This document shows positions 43,901 through 57,820 of a stretch of 64,000 bases of DNA, piece by piece. Source of the stretch: Prorocentrum cordatum. Its lineage: Eukaryota. Numbering within the stretch: position 1 is the first letter of the stretch; each line of letters begins with the position of its first letter. The stretch spans positions 248,001 through 312,000 of the forward strand of contig CAUYUJ010000037.1 in assembly GCA_963575745.1 (NCBI GenBank), given 5' to 3'. The position numbers were made by a program, and so were the translations under genes. The notes beneath the pieces are model-generated. The model saw nothing but the letters and a program-made list of their open reading frames with translations. It did no database searches and was not told the origin of the DNA.

Positions 43901-46600
43901 AGAGGAACGGCCTCGTCATTTGACCGCTTCCACCCTCGCCATGCGCTTTTCGCTGGCGGCGTTGGACCTGAAGTGTTGAGCCCGACGCGGCCAGCTTCTG
44001 AGGCGATCGGTATTCTGCCAATTTTCGGCAAGCCGTCAGGTGGCAATCGCTCAAACAATCCGCGCGCTGGAATGCGTCGCATCTGGCAGAGGCCGCGGAG
44101 ATGGATAATCAGCGGCGCGATAGGTCGTCTCGGTCGCAAGTTTTGGAGGGCCTCAAAAGGTAGATCTGCAGTGGAGTGCGCGCGGTTGCAAGCTGCCCGA
44201 GCGGAGGCAGATCGCGCGCAGAGTGCTCGTTCGCTGCTGTGGGTGACCGATTGTTCGATGCACTGCGAGTCCGTTCCGCTGCAAGGACTGAGGTGGGAGT
44301 GTCTTCGCGCGGTAATGCCCACCTTCTGGTTGAAGCTGGGCCATGGCATGCGGTGCGCTCCCAGAGTGATTCGCAGTGGAAGACGCCATGTTGTTCAAGC
44401 GTTGCGTGCTGCGTGCTAGGGGGCGGCTTGCCAGCGGGCGATAGATCTGCGGGCTTTGCTACCAAGGTTCGCTCAGTCTTTGAGATGGGCGCCTTTTTGG
44501 CGCGCTGCCCGGCCGTGGGCTTTCCCAGCTATGTCGACGTCTGTGCTGTAGGCGACGCTTAATCTGACTTTGAAATCGCGAATGGCATGGCGGTGCCGGC
44601 CATGACGGAGTCCCGTCGCATGTCCGAGGCGATCAGTGCAAGGCTGAACAATGACCAATCACCGCTGCTGGCGTCGTCGAAAGAGCTCGGGATGGCAGTG
44701 TGCAGCGGGCTCGGCATCGGCCATCAGCGCTGAGAGGCAGCGTCGCACAACTTGGGGCCGACGAGACCGCGGGCGCGCAGAGGTCTGCGCGGCGGGCCAA
44801 ACCAAAGCACAAGGTGGGTTTTTGGATGCGCCGCGTAGACCTTGGGAAGAGGAATGGTTTAGGACAGAGCTGTTCGGGGATGCGACAAGGAAGCCACCTG
44901 TTCCTAAGGTTTGTCGAGCTGGCGCTGCGCCTGCCAGCAGTTTCGGGGTTGAGGTGGCGAGTTCATGCCTGAGTGGGCGGAGGTCTCATCAGAGACTCCA
45001 TAGCTGCGCTGCCGTGCCTGCCCGTGGGGCAGCGTCTCTTTCGGCGGAACTTGTTCTTGTTGGGGGGCAAGAGTTTTAGATGCAGCAGCGCCGGCGACCC
45101 AGTGGCGGGGGATGATTTGGTTTGTCTCCGCCCAGTTCATATGGGCACTGGCTCGCCGGTCTGAACTCTTGCGCCTTTGGGGCCTGGCCCGACCTGTGGA
45201 GGCTGGCCCTTGAAGCTCCTCTCGCGGCCCCGTTGCCCGCTCGGCGCTTGCGCTCTCTATCCAGGGCGGGTTGGATGGCGGATGGGGCCCTCGTATCCCC
45301 GTGGGCAAATGGCCCCCGTGGATCTCATCGCACCCCGCCGGGGGCCAAAGGCCCAGGGGCCGAGTGGGCAAGCGAAGTTCCTCTTTCGGAGCTGCGGGCG
45401 CAATGGGGCGTGGACTAAAGAGAAGTCGCTCGGCGGGTCATTCGAGTTACAGGCTTTTCCATTGCGGAAGGGCCGACGACATCCACCGCGGGCGCTAGAC
45501 TCGCGCGCGACGCGACGTCTTAGCAGCCCGTCAGGATGCTGAGCCCCCCCGGAATCCATTGCAGCGGCTCTTGAGGGGCACGCGCTTGAGATCTTGCGCG
45601 CGGCAGTTTTGTTGACCCAGATAAGCGGGCTGCCAGACCCGCCGATTACGTCGGAGGTTGAGATTTTGCGTGTTTCTGGCAGCCCGCTGTACTTGGGCCT
45701 TGGGAGATTGGCCGAGCTCTCCGCGGAGCAACGTTTAAGGCTCGCGTCGGACGAATCTTGCTCAAAGCCCCCCCATCCGCGCGCCCCGGGGGGCTGCGCG
45801 GTCGACCGGGGCCTCCGCGCGGTTCGGCCCCAGAGCCCGCCGCTGCGACGCGTGGAGTGGCCCGCGGGGCCGTTTCCCCCGGGCGCCAGCGATGTCGGGG
45901 CGCGTCGGCATTGCGTTGCGCGGCCAGGTGGCAGACAGACAGTTGACGCTGGCAGCAGGTTGCACGTCGGCGATCAAGATCGCACAGCAGGGCGCAGAGA
46001 GGCAGTTCGAAGCGAGCAGCGCGTTCGCCGGCATCCGTTGGTCTGCGCGAACTCTCGAGGGCACCGAGCGGACGCAGCCAGCGCGCCGCATCAATGCGCG
46101 CGGTCCCCAGTCAGAGACGCAGGCCCTCGAGCTAAGCGAGATAGAGTTTGCAGTTGCGCATGCGGTGATCGATCATCGCACTCAGTGCGCGGTCGACAGA
46201 CGCCGGCATGCTGATCCCATATTCCCCCGGGAAGTTGATCTCGCTGAGCAGAGAGCTGGACACTGTTGTAATCTAGTTGCCCACATCTTCCCCTCGGTTG
46301 ACGTTTCTCCCAAGTGGATCAGGGATCACGTGCGCCGCAGGGCCAGCGGGCTCAGCCATAGTTGGCATCGATGGGGACAGGTCTCATGCGTTGGTCTACG
46401 CGCCAGGCGCTGCCTTGTCCTCGGGAGGCACGATTCGTCAGGTAGCAAAAAAGCCGTTGCCTTGGAGTCCCCGCTGGCACTCAGCACCTTCTCGCGGACC
46501 CCATGGGGCACCGCGTCGTCGCGGCTTGGCGCAGCTCGAAGGCCCTGGTCTCGCGCAGGTCGCGTGCAGCAAAGTCCATGAGAGGCGGTGCTGGGTCTGT
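40909..46600 (+). mobile_element. Older, heavily decayed LINE of similar architecture
   Basis: WGCGRC..N..SRMCCQCG zinc finger (~41098), LLLQEV (~42580), GKPSGGNR (~44028), FWRASKGRSA, GLPAG (~44425), SYVDV (~44528), ASDESC (~45745, RNase H-like). Boundaries are approximate. Confidence 0.65.
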
Positions 46601-47269
46601 TTAATATGCGGGGGGGGGGGGGCGCCTCTGGGCCGAGCGCCAGGTTCGCGCGATCCCACGCGTGGCCCGGTGAACGCCTCGCCAAGAAAGGCCAGGAATT
46701 ACCGGGCCGCTACCTCCAGGGCAAGTAGCCCAACCGCAAAGTCAGGGTGCTCCTGAGCTGTAGTTCGGTTGTCCTTGGGGCTCCCCCCTTCGGTTGAGCA
46801 GCCCCCCGTCGGAGTCCGCCTCTGGCTCTGCGGTGGCCCAAAGTTCGTTCTCAGTCTCAGGGGTGGGCCCTGCGCGCGAGCGGCGACTGGCGGCGCTCCT
46901 TTTTCAGAGTTCGTGACCAGGGATCCATATTACGTAGCTAGTAGCCTCGGTTTTGATGAGAATTTTGTGCTGTGCGCTCCCCCCTTTGGGCATTATGTTC
47001 TGTTCTGTTCCCCCCCCACCCTTCCCGCCGCCGCCCCGCCCGGGCCCGCAGCGCGACCCCCAGTTCGGCCTGGGCCTGGGGGGTCGGCGGGGGCGCCCCC
47101 CCGAGAATATTGCCGATCCCGACCGCTTCGGACCTATCATGAACCGCTCCGGACCGATTGCATCCACCGGAAACGGATTGGCAGCAACGTGTAGGATTCC
47201 GTTTGAAATCGTACAAGGCGAACGCCGGGTTACGACCAGGGAAGTTTGCTATAACTTCCCAGTGCTTGG

Positions 47270-48110
47270 AGGGCCCTTGAGGGACTCCTGAGGCTTCGTG
47301 ACGGGAATCTTGCGGAAGAAAACGAAGGATTGGGCTTCCGGAAAAAATCGTGGGGATTCCTGGCAGATTCCCGAAGAATGTTCGCACATTCCTTTGGGAT
47401 TCTTGTGGGTTCCTGGAAGTTTCTTTGGGTTTCCTTCTGGATTCTTGAGGATTCCGGATGGAATTCTGAGGACTCCTGAAGGATGTTTGGCGGTTTCTGA
47501 AGGATTGTTAAAGATTCCTGAACATCCCCTCCATATTTCAAACAGATTATTAACAAAGTCTTGGGGGATTATTTACAAATTCCCTTCGGACGCCTGACGG
47601 TTTCCTGAGGAAGCCTGGAGGGATTCTTGAGGAGCTCTTGCGGACTCTTACGGGACTTTGGAGGGATTCCTGAGGGACTCTGGCGAATTCCCGAGGACCC
47701 CGAAAGGATTCATCTGGGACTTCTGCGGATCCCGGAGAATCCCAGAGGGGTTTTACAGGATGAAGGATTCTTCCAGATCCTTGAAAGATTTGCTTTGCAA
47801 ATTCCGGACGGATTCTTGAGAATTTCTACAGAATGTCTGATGAATCCTGAAGGACTCTCGCGGGTTGGTGAGGATGGGTGACGGACTATTCATTTAGGCT
47901 TCTGGAGGGGTTCCCAAAAACTGAATTGCGATTGTTTTTTTTTGTTGTGCGGATCCCCGAGGAACTCACGAGGGACTTTGAAGGCCTGAAAGGATTATTG
48001 TAGCTACGCTGGGGGAATTTCTTCTGGATCCTTGCGGGTTTTTGATGGGTTTTGAAGGGATCCCAGAGGGACTCTCGCGGATTCCTGAGGATTTCTGAAG
48101 ACCCTCGCGG
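47270..48110. repeat. Degenerate 'ggattcctgag' short-unit repeat
   Basis: Recurrent ggattc(c/t)tga(g/a)g motifs. Confidence 0.7.
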
Positions 48111-48299
48111 GAATATGGACGATTATTGTGGGGCTCTTGCGTTCGTCATTCCTCATGCGTTCTCCGTCGTGGTCGCGTTTTGTCTCTCGTCAGTCGTCCG
48201 TCGTCAGGAACCCATCGTCGTCGTAATATATCTCTCGCGCGCGCCGCCGCCCATGGGGAATTGGAGGATATAGAAGTCCAGGAGGAGGAGGGGGGAGGA

Positions 48300-48436
48300 G
48301 GATGATGATGAGGAGGAGGAGGAGGAGGGGCATGATGGCAACTTGGAGGTGGAGGATTGGGGGGGCGAGGAGATTATGAGACTGGTGACGATGATGCTGA
48401 TGATGGCGATGACGAAACTGGTGATGGTGGTGATGC

Positions 48437-48468
<32 letters not shown>

Positions 48469-48974
48469 CTTGTAATGGTAATGCTTATGATGATACGGAT
48501 TATGTCTTGGATGCTGGTGCTGGTGCTGCTGCTGATTGTGGGAATGGTGATGTTGGTGCAAAGGACGGTGTTGATGAAGATGGGGGTACGGAGGGCGAAG
48601 CGGAGCATGAGGGGAGGAGGGGGACGATGTTCGAGGAGGAGGAGGGGGAGGGGGAGGAGGAGGAGAGGTTTGAGGAAATGGACGAGCAATAAGGAGGAGG
48701 GACACGAGAAGACGAGGGAGGACATACTATGATGATGAGGCGGATGATGATGATGCTGGTTATGATCATGGAGGTGTTGATGGTGGTGGTGTTGCTGATG
48801 ATGATGGTGATTATGATGGTGCTGCTGCTGATGAGGATGATGCTTATGGTGATGATGCTGATCATGCTGATGATGATGAGCAGGAGGAACATGATACTGT
48901 TGATGATTATGATGTTCATGATGATACTGATGATGATGATGCGGATGATGCTGATGATGATGCTGATGATGATA

Positions 48975-49028
<54 letters not shown>

Positions 49029-49137
49029 GTGCTGATGGTGCTGATGGTGCTGATGCTGATGCTGATGACGATGATGCTGCTGCTGATGCTGATGCTGATG
49101 TTGATGCTGATGCTGATGCTGATGATGATGCTGCTGC

Positions 49138-49231
<94 letters not shown>

Positions 49232-49260
49232 CATGATGATGCTGATGCTGATGCTGATGC

Positions 49261-49297
<37 letters not shown>

Positions 49298-49310
49298 CAT
49301 GATGATGGCT
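48300..49310. repeat. (GAT)n microsatellite with GGA interruptions
   Basis: Direct reading. Confidence 0.97.
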
Positions 49311-50849
49311 AGCGGTCGGCGATGGGACGGACCGCAATCACTTGTCCAGTTTTCCATGGGGATGGTTACGGGAGCTCACTGCATCCAGAAACGCTCTTAT
49401 GATCTCTCCCTGAATCGACACCTTCTTGAAACGCCACCAGAAGTCGCAACCACCTCGGGCCGATCGCGACTGGTTGCGATCGGTCCGACGTGGTCGACGA
49501 TCGGTCCGAAGTGGTCGCGATCGGTCGTGCTCGCGTGCTCCCCTCCCCCGCATCCACTTACGCTCGAGCATACGATGAACAACTCTGTTCCCGAAAAGTT
49601 GGCCAGGGTTTCTTCTCAAACTTGCCGGCCCAGTTTATTCGGCACGTCCGCCCTTCCAGCGTCAACAACAGAAATTGGCCCAGGCTTGTGTCAACAGACT
49701 TGGTTTTTGCTCATCCGCCCCCGCTCTGCCTCCTCGCCCCTGCCCTGGCTTGCGCCGCCGGCCTTGTGGCGCTCTGCCGCCCTGGCCCCCGCCCCGCATG
49801 GCCGCGCTGGCTCGCCTCCTAGCGACTGCCTCAGCGCCCGCTGCACCGCGCTGGCCTGCTCAGCCCGCCGCCGCGGGCCACAGCTGCCGCCTCCCTGCAC
49901 CCCCCGCCTGGGCGCCCTCGGTCCGCCAGCCGCCCGCTGCACCCACCGCTTTGTTTGCTGGGCCCCGCCCGCACTGCGGCTGCTGGCACCGCCCCTGGGT
50001 GTGCCCGCGACGCCGCCGCGCGGCGCTGCCAGGGGCTGCCCCGCAGCCTGGCCGCCCCGCGCGCTCCCTGTGCCGCCGCCGCGTGAGAGCGCCCCCTCCC
50101 TCGTTCCCTCCCTCCCCCTCCGCGGCCGCCTCCTTCTGCCCTTTTCCCCCCCGTCCTAGATGCGGGGCAGTTCGCCACGCCGTGGCCCGAGTTGCCCGAC
50201 GCGCGAGCGGATCGCCTCTACCGCGCCGCGACGAAAAAAAACATGTCAAGAGACTTCCAGGAAGCTGTCCCCGATTTCTTATATGATGTTTTCTGGATCA
50301 TATGTTCAGCTGCAGACGAGAGCTTGCAGAACACCTGGTTACACGACATCTCAACAGTGCGCAGCCTGAAATTTCGAATCGGATGCACGTGCTACACAGC
50401 GAAGCATACCTGGCAGTTGCAACGTGACGGCCCAGCTTGATTTCAAGATTCCCGTGCGGACCTCCAGAAGTTTGCTCCCGAAACAGTGCTTGCGCTTATG
50501 GGTTGTTGGTTGTTTGGGCCTGGCTGGCTGTCCGGCGGCTCCATGGTCGCCGTCGCCGTCTCGTCGCCGACCGTCGTTTGGGCCTGGCTGGCGGTTTGAC
50601 GGCCCCGTGGTCGCCGTCGCCCCCTCGTCGCCGTCCCGTCGCCGCCTCTATTGCACCACGTAGACTGCGCAACGTAGATTGTATCACATAGGTTCTCCCG
50701 TCGGGGAAAAACTCGGACCTACCACCCACACCCTGCTTGATCGCGTGCCCCTGGGGTGCTCTCTCATATATCGAAACCCGGCCCCTGGGGCCCTTGGGTC
50801 AAAAACTATTAGAGGCCACTGATATACATGAAGTACCCACCAGGGGCGT

Positions 50850-51420
50850 CCCCGGGGGCCTCCCTAGAGCCTCCCCGGACCGTCCCCGGTCACCCCAGAG
50901 CTTCCAGGTAGGTTCGAGAAAGTCCCAGACGGGCCAATTCGGTTTCCAGACGGTCGCCGATGGCGTCAAGACGGCCCAAGCGGCTTCCAAGACGCATCAA
51001 GACGGCTTCAAGAGGACCCCCAAGAGGGCCCGAAGAAACAAACATTGCCCCAATCGTTAGCACACTCGCTATCTGCAGGCGCGCAGCATCCAAAACGGTC
51101 CCAGAGGCCCCCAGGAGAGCCCCAGAACGGCCCAAAAAGTCCCCCAGAGGGCCCCCAAACCGCTCAAGAGGCCCCCAGGACCGCCCAAGACGGCCCCAAT
51201 ACCTCAAGAGGGCCCCAGGAAGGGCCCTAAGAAGGGCCCCAGGGGGGGGAATTCGAACCAACATTTCGAGCCTCCGCCCCATGAGCACCCCAAAGACCGA
51301 CCGCTAGCAGGCCCCCAAGGCCCCCCCCGAGAGGACCCAAGAGAGCCAGAAGAGGCCCGAAGAGGCCCCAAAGAGGCCGCGACAGGCGCCCCAAGAGGCT
51401 TTTAAACTGCCTCCACGAGG
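50850..51420. repeat. 'ccaagacggccc/ccaagagggccc' repeat family (inverse of 1590-2560)
   Basis: Reverse-complement motifs of the 1.6-2.6 kb block. Confidence 0.75.
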
Positions 51421-53949
51421 AGAGACCCGAACAGGCATTCAAGGTGGCTCAGGCGGCCTCCGTAGACACTACAAGATATTTCTTGCACGCCTAAACTCGA
51501 CGACAGTTATGCGGACAGTCTCCCCTCACTCCTCATTTTCTTTCTGCTCCTCCCCTCACTCCTCATCCTCTTACTCGGAACCTCTCAATCGGACGCGGCC
51601 TTTCTGACACGCTGTACTTCTGCCTCCTGGCAAGTAGAACTCTAGCCCGCGCAAAGCGCGCGAGATGGTTCTAGTACAATGTACCTATGGTCCTGCCCCA
51701 TCGTTCATTTTGTACATGGGTGCAGACCATCCTCGCCAGGCCGTTATCGTCCCCTTTCACGCATGCCAGAATTTAATATGTGCGCACACTCGTTCACCAA
51801 GCGTCATCAGTTCCCTGGCCACCACAACAACACGTGACAACGTCCACACGATTGCGTCGTCGCGCGCGTGCCCGAAGTCTTCAACAATCTGTTATGTTAC
51901 GTCAGGACTTTCAGATCAAGTTTCCCGAACACAGATAACACATTGTGTTTCGCACCCGAATCTCCCAACGAAAGCTGCGCGCGCGCCTTTTTGCGACGTC
52001 TGACGAAAACCATGGTTGTTTCAACATCTTCATCACATGCGACCAAGCGAGCCTGTCGCGCGCGTGTGGACATCATTCGGACGCCTTTGCGCGTGCGGCG
52101 TCGCGCGCACAGGCCGATATCCTTCAAACATCCGGAAATCATGTCAAGATCGCGGTTCCCGAACACATGCAATAACAACACAAAAAGGTTGTGAAGGTCG
52201 TTTAGAACGACACTTTGCGCGCGGGCTCTTGCGATTTCTCTTGGCCAGCCATGAGTGTTTCAACATCAGCATCCAATGCGGCCAAACGAATAATAACAGG
52301 CGGGCCACTCGCGCGCCAGCCGCACGCACATGCCGAAATGTTTCCAACACCTTCATCACATACACGTGGACACCATCATCGTCATCGGCCTGACCAGCAT
52401 TGGCGCCGTTGGCCTTGCCGTCATCATCGTCAGCATCGTCAGCAACCTCGCTACTGACACCATCATCGTGGTTGCCGTTGTCGGCGTCGCCGTGATATCG
52501 CGCCCGCCCGAGTTACCGACTCGCATTGAAGCGCCCGCGCACCAGCGCTGCATGGGAGACGCGCTGGGAATTCTCCAGCGGCCAGTGCCACCGCGGCCGC
52601 GTCGGTCGTGCCAGACTATTTGGCTGCTCTGCACTCGGGCCTGCGCGCGCGAGCGCGGCACCAACGATGCGCCAGCCAGCGCCAAGCAGTCATCGCAATC
52701 GCCGCCGCATGGGTTTTGCAAGCCAAAGTGCGGGCGGGCGGGTGGGGAAATTGCGTGAGCAGTGGAGTTGGCAACTTCAAGCTCAGCAAGTTGAAGTGGA
52801 CCGTGTGGAATGCACCACCCAGACTGCACCACATAAGTTGCACCAGTTAATTATGGTGCACGGCGCAGAGTGCCCAGCTCACGTTACACGACATGGATTG
52901 CACCACGTAGTTAACACAGCAGACATTACACCACACTTGCTGCACCATGTAGACTGCGTCACATAGGTAGCGACAATGTTCCTTGGGCCGGTTTTTCACC
53001 CCGAGCCCTTTTTTGACGGGCCCCGCGATCCCCCCGCGAGGCCGAAAATTGTCAAACACCCGTGTTTTTTTCTTCGACGCGAGCAGTGTTCGCGATGTGA
53101 AATGCTACGCGAGGTTTTTGTCACAGAGGGGGAGGACCAAGGAGGAACGCGCAAGGGATGACGAGGAAGGAGGCTTGGAATTGCCACGTGTGGTGTTTCT
53201 TCTTCGCCCCCCCATCGATCCTCAAGGCCAGAGGGGGCGGGCCCGATCTCGCCTCCCTGGGAGGTGGCAGGGCGCCGCGTCGGTGGCCGTGGACGCGCTC
53301 GAGCGCCGCTCCGCCTTCGCGTACTTGGGCGCGCGCCCCCCCATCTAGTTCCTTTTCGGTTCGGGAGCAGAAAGCGCACCACCACCGCTTGGGGGGATTC
53401 AGGATGAGCTGGTATGTGTGATACGGGTGTTCACGATGTCCCGCCAGAGCGCCCGAAACGATATGCACCACCACCACCACCACCACCACCACCACCACCA
53501 CCACCACCACCACCACCACCACCCGTGACCATAATTTTTTCCCATCCTCCAGGTGGTGGTGGTGGTGGTGGTGGTGGTGGTGGTTGCAGTGGTGGTGGTG
53601 GTGGTGGTGGTGGTGGTGGTGGTGGTGGTGCGTTTTTTTTTTTCTTTATCTGGTGCAGGGCAGGAGTCAGGGACGTTCGGATAGGATAGGCTCAGAGGTT
53701 CGAGCTTCGAGGGTCGAGGCTCGCTCGGGAATCATGGTCGTCCCGGGGCGGGCGCTTCTTGTTACTTTGCATATGCGTGGGGCCACTTCAGCCCCCAAAA
53801 CTGAAATCTTCCCTTGTACCGACGCAGGCTCGATAAGGAGTCAGCGCTGATTTGGTGTGGATTCGCAACGGGTTCGACGTGGATTCGACGCGGATTCGCC
53901 GAGTCCGACGTACATTCGACTCGGGGCGACAGGACAGACTAGCTCACTT

Positions 53950-54450
53950 TTCCCAACCATCCTGTGGTTTTTGGTCCTCGTCTTGAAGAGACAGCACCCC
54001 GCGTTCCTCCTCTCCTCTCCTCTCTTCTCCTCTCCTCCTCCCCGTGCTCCCTCCTCCGATCCCTGCCTCTGTCTCCCCCACCCAGCACAGCATTTCTTGG
54101 CCCCATAAGGCCTATAGGGAGCTCCACCTAAGGGCCCAGTGGCGGGGTGTCCACATGCGTCCCCCCCCCCCCAGCGCAGCGTTTCGTGGCCCCATAGGGA
54201 GCTCCACCTGAGGCCCCAGTGGCGGTGTCCACGTGCGTCCCCTCCACCCAGCGCAGCGCTTCGTGGCCCCATATGGAGCTCCACCCAAGGCTCCAGTAGT
54301 AGTGTCCACATACGTCCACCCCCCCCACCCAGCACAGCGCTGCGTGGCCCCATAGGACGCTCCACCAAAGGCCCCAATGGCAAACTTCGCATGCGTCCGT
54401 CTTCCCCACCCAGTTCAGCGTTTCGTGGCCCATGGGGAGCTCCAGCGAAG
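53950..54450. repeat. Second ttcgtggccccatagggagctccacc satellite array with the same terminal motif
   Basis: Starts ttcccaaccatcctgtggt as at 2776; shorter units. Confidence 0.85.
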
Positions 54451-55039
54451 GCGATACCCACAACTGCGGTATTCATAACTGCATATGGTTGGGTCCCTCG
54501 CCAGGCTAATTTGCACACCGGGCGGTTTCGCTTGGTGTCGGGGCCAGGGACCATGACAGATCGATCCGGTTCGAAAACACGCATCAGGAAGATGGGGTCT
54601 AGCGCTGCTTTCGTGGTTTTTGGCGATGCCGTGCTTTCTCGACGACGTAGGATTTCATTCAAGGTGTCCTTGGCCAAAGGTGCCCCCTAGGGATCTCCAA
54701 GGAGCCCCCCGCAGTCTCCAAGGTGCTCTTCACGATGCACAAAGAGTTCTCTGCTTCAAGGTGGAGCGAAACGCTGGGGACACACTGGGCCAAGGACACC
54801 TGCAGCAACTCCCGGCTCTAGGTCTCCCGTTTCCGCTGGCCGCGGGCGACTTCTGGACGCGACGGCGCTCACGCTCGCCAAATAAAAGTGTGTGTGTGTG
54901 CGCGTTTGTGTGTGTGTTTGTGTTTGTTTGACGTAAGGTGGAATTTACGTCAAGCTGTGCGTATGCTTCCTAAGCTTTCGCTGCGGTGGCGCCTTCTCGG
55001 CCACTTCGTCCCGCCTGCGCGCGCCCCCACGAACAGTTG

Positions 55040-55076
55040 GTGTGTGTGCGTGTGCGTGTGCGTGTGCGTGTGCGGT

Positions 55077-55130
<54 letters not shown>

Positions 55131-55141
55131 CGTGTGTGTGC

Positions 55142-55197
<56 letters not shown>

Positions 55198-55310
55198 GCG
55201 TGTGCGTGTGCGTGTGCGTGTGCTTGTGCGTGTGCGTGTGCGTCCGCGCGTGCGTGTATCATTTACATGTGTACGTACGCGTGTGCAGGTGTGTGTGTGT
55301 GTGCGCGCGT
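55040..55310. repeat. (GT)n/(GTGTGC)n microsatellite
   Basis: Direct reading. Confidence 0.97.
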
Positions 55311-56249
55311 GTCTATACAGGTTTGCTGGTGTCTGTCCGACTGGGGATTGACGCGCGTGGCTGTGTGTGTGGGGGTGCTCCCGCGCGTACAATGTTGAAC
55401 CTTCCCTCAGGGGACAGCTTGGCCCTGGGTGCCCGCCTCTAAGATATGAGTTCCCCAGGCGCACCCCTCGCATCAGTTCTACAGGGGTGCCGCTCTAGCT
55501 GCGGTGACCAGCCCATCCGGCCGCAACCAGCGGCAGGTTAGCATCCACGTTTTTCTGCGTACTCCTGTAGGGTGCATCCTTGCGTGACGATGCGGCCATC
55601 CTTCGCGTCCCTTTATCATTGGACCGCTTCGTTCAGGCGGATGCTCTTGGGCGCGAGGCGAAGCACTGGTGGTCTTCTGCAAGCCTCCTCCTGCTGCTGC
55701 TGCTTCTCCCAGTGAGCGACGCAAAGAAAAAGGGTCGATTGCGACGACATTCGCGCGTAAGCTGCCCGCAAAAGGTCGCGCGTAACCGCCCTCGTTTCCA
55801 ATGTGACGTGCCGCGCTGGCGGCCCGCGTATACCACCGCGAAAGGTCGCTGTAGCATCTCGCGTAAGACCCGTTTCTTTTCCTTCGCCCAGTTGACCCCT
55901 GAGGGCTCGATGCCGACGCGGACGCCGACGCGATACAGAGGAACTACAAGCAGCGCGCACTGTCGGCCCACCCCGACAAGGGCGGCCGCGAGGAGGAGCC
56001 CCGGCACCTCGAAGAGGCGGAGGAGGAGGAGGAGGACCAGTGTACACACAAGGGTCATCAACGATGTTGGAATAATCCCTCCCTCCAAGCTCCCTCATCA
56101 TAGGCCCCCACAAAGGTTCATTTCCACTGAAGGAACTGCCTCGTTGGAACACAACCGTTTGAAGACCCTGAAGTCTACAAAAAAACATTATTCTCGGGAC
56201 TCAAACGCCACGGATCAACCTGACTGTTGCGTCTTGACGAACCTGAATC

Positions 56250-56700
56250 GTGCCAGAAGGCCATTCTTGGGACTTCAACACCGTGAATCAAAGTAATTGT
56301 GGCGCCCTCAGAATCCCACATCTTTCCAAAACGCAGTTGCTGGTACGTTGATCATGATATGTCATGCAACTCTTCGGATATTTGAACAACGAATGCACGC
56401 GGCGCTGAGGTGAGAGCCACATTTCTACAAGGAGCCAGCCTCGATCCGTGAAGCTCTTACACATGTTCAAAAGAATGTGCGCGGCACGAAGGCGAGAGCC
56501 ACGTTTTGAATAAGAACCGCCCTCAACCCGTGCAGCCCTTTCCATTTTTCAGAAAGAATGTGCGCAACACTAGGGCGAGAGAGACATTTTGAAAACGACC
56601 CGCCCTCAATCCGTGAAGCTCGTGCAAATATTGAAGACGAATGCGCGCGGCGCTAAGGCGAGAGCCACATCTTGAAAGCCGTCCGCCCTCAATACGTGAA
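56250..56700. repeat. ~80-bp-unit repeat, same family as 60-260
   Basis: About four gaatg(t/c)gcgcggcgctaaggcgagagccacat units. Confidence 0.8.
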
Positions 56701-57229
56701 ACTGCTGATGCTCCAGGGTCATAAATGGTGAGGGAGTTTCAGGCGAAACGCTAGGCCCGCTCTAAAAACAGGCCTCGGGGTGTGACAAGGAGAAGTCATC
56801 TATCTGGAAATGGAATGGAGGAGAAAGAGCAGGAGGAGGAGGAGGAGAAGGAGGAGGAGCAGGAGGAGGAGGAGAAGGAGGAGGAGGAGACGGAAAAACA
56901 AAGAAAAGAGCAGGAATAGGAGGAGGAGGAGGAGGGGGAGGAGGAGGAGGAACGAAGGAGCCTCCAGAGCCTCCTGCAGCCGCGGGGCACAGAGGCACTG
57001 GCGCCGCCGCCGGCCGGGCAGTTTGACGATGCGCCCACCCCATGCGAGCGGCTGAAGAAAATCCTGGCGGACAGCCCCAAGAGGAGCGGGGCCGCCGTCG
57101 GCGGCGGCAGGTTCGAGCACTAATAAGTGGTGCTCTCTGACCTTTTTGGGCGCTGGGCACCTTCTGCGGTGTTTGCGACCGTTTAGCATAGGGGCGAGTC
57201 CCCGAAAACGCCGCCGCCGCCGCCGCTCT

Positions 57230-57820
57230 AGCTACCTCGAGGCGTACGCCGCTGCGAAAGAGCGAGCGCGGCGTTCGGCCCATCGCGGCGCCCAACATCC
57301 TGTGGAGCCTGGCCAATGGGCCGACTTCGGACTGCCCACATATGCTCATCGACGTCATGGTGCCCTACGGCGTGCCGTGCGACGTCGATTGGCTCTGGGC
57401 TGCCGCGGCAAGGGGCGGCGCCGTCTGCAGGGCCGCTGAGGCCGACAAGCACGCCCGGTACCCTGCTAGACGAACGCCGTGGCGGATGGCGCCGCTCGCG
57501 CTGGAAACTGGCGGCCGCCACGGCCCAGCAGCCCTGCGCCACTGGCGGCTCGCGCGGGACCGCGCGCAGCTGCTGGCAGTGGACGTCGCAGCCGCTGCCG
57601 CCGCCGCGGCCAACGCCCTCGCGCGCCGCTGGGGCGCGGAGCTGTCGGAGGCCTTCACGTAGCTGCGGCGCGCCAGCTGCGGACGGCGCTGGGGGCCGAG
57701 ACGGCTTGCCCAGGCGAGCGGGCTGCTCTGGCCGCGGCGCTCGCTGCCCGAGCCGGCGCGGCGCTGGGCGCTCCTCGGCGCCCTCTGGTCGGTCGCCGAG
57801 CTGAGTTGGAGAAGGTCAGC
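57230..57820 (+). mobile_element. 3' fragment of a restriction-like-endonuclease (RLE; CRE/R2-type) non-LTR element
   Basis: WADF..LIDVMV..AAEADKHARY..PLALETGGRHGPAA fits the PD-(D/E)xK RLE tail pattern D..DVxV..ExxKxxxY..PxxxExxG; it contains a frameshift and a stop. Confidence 0.6.
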
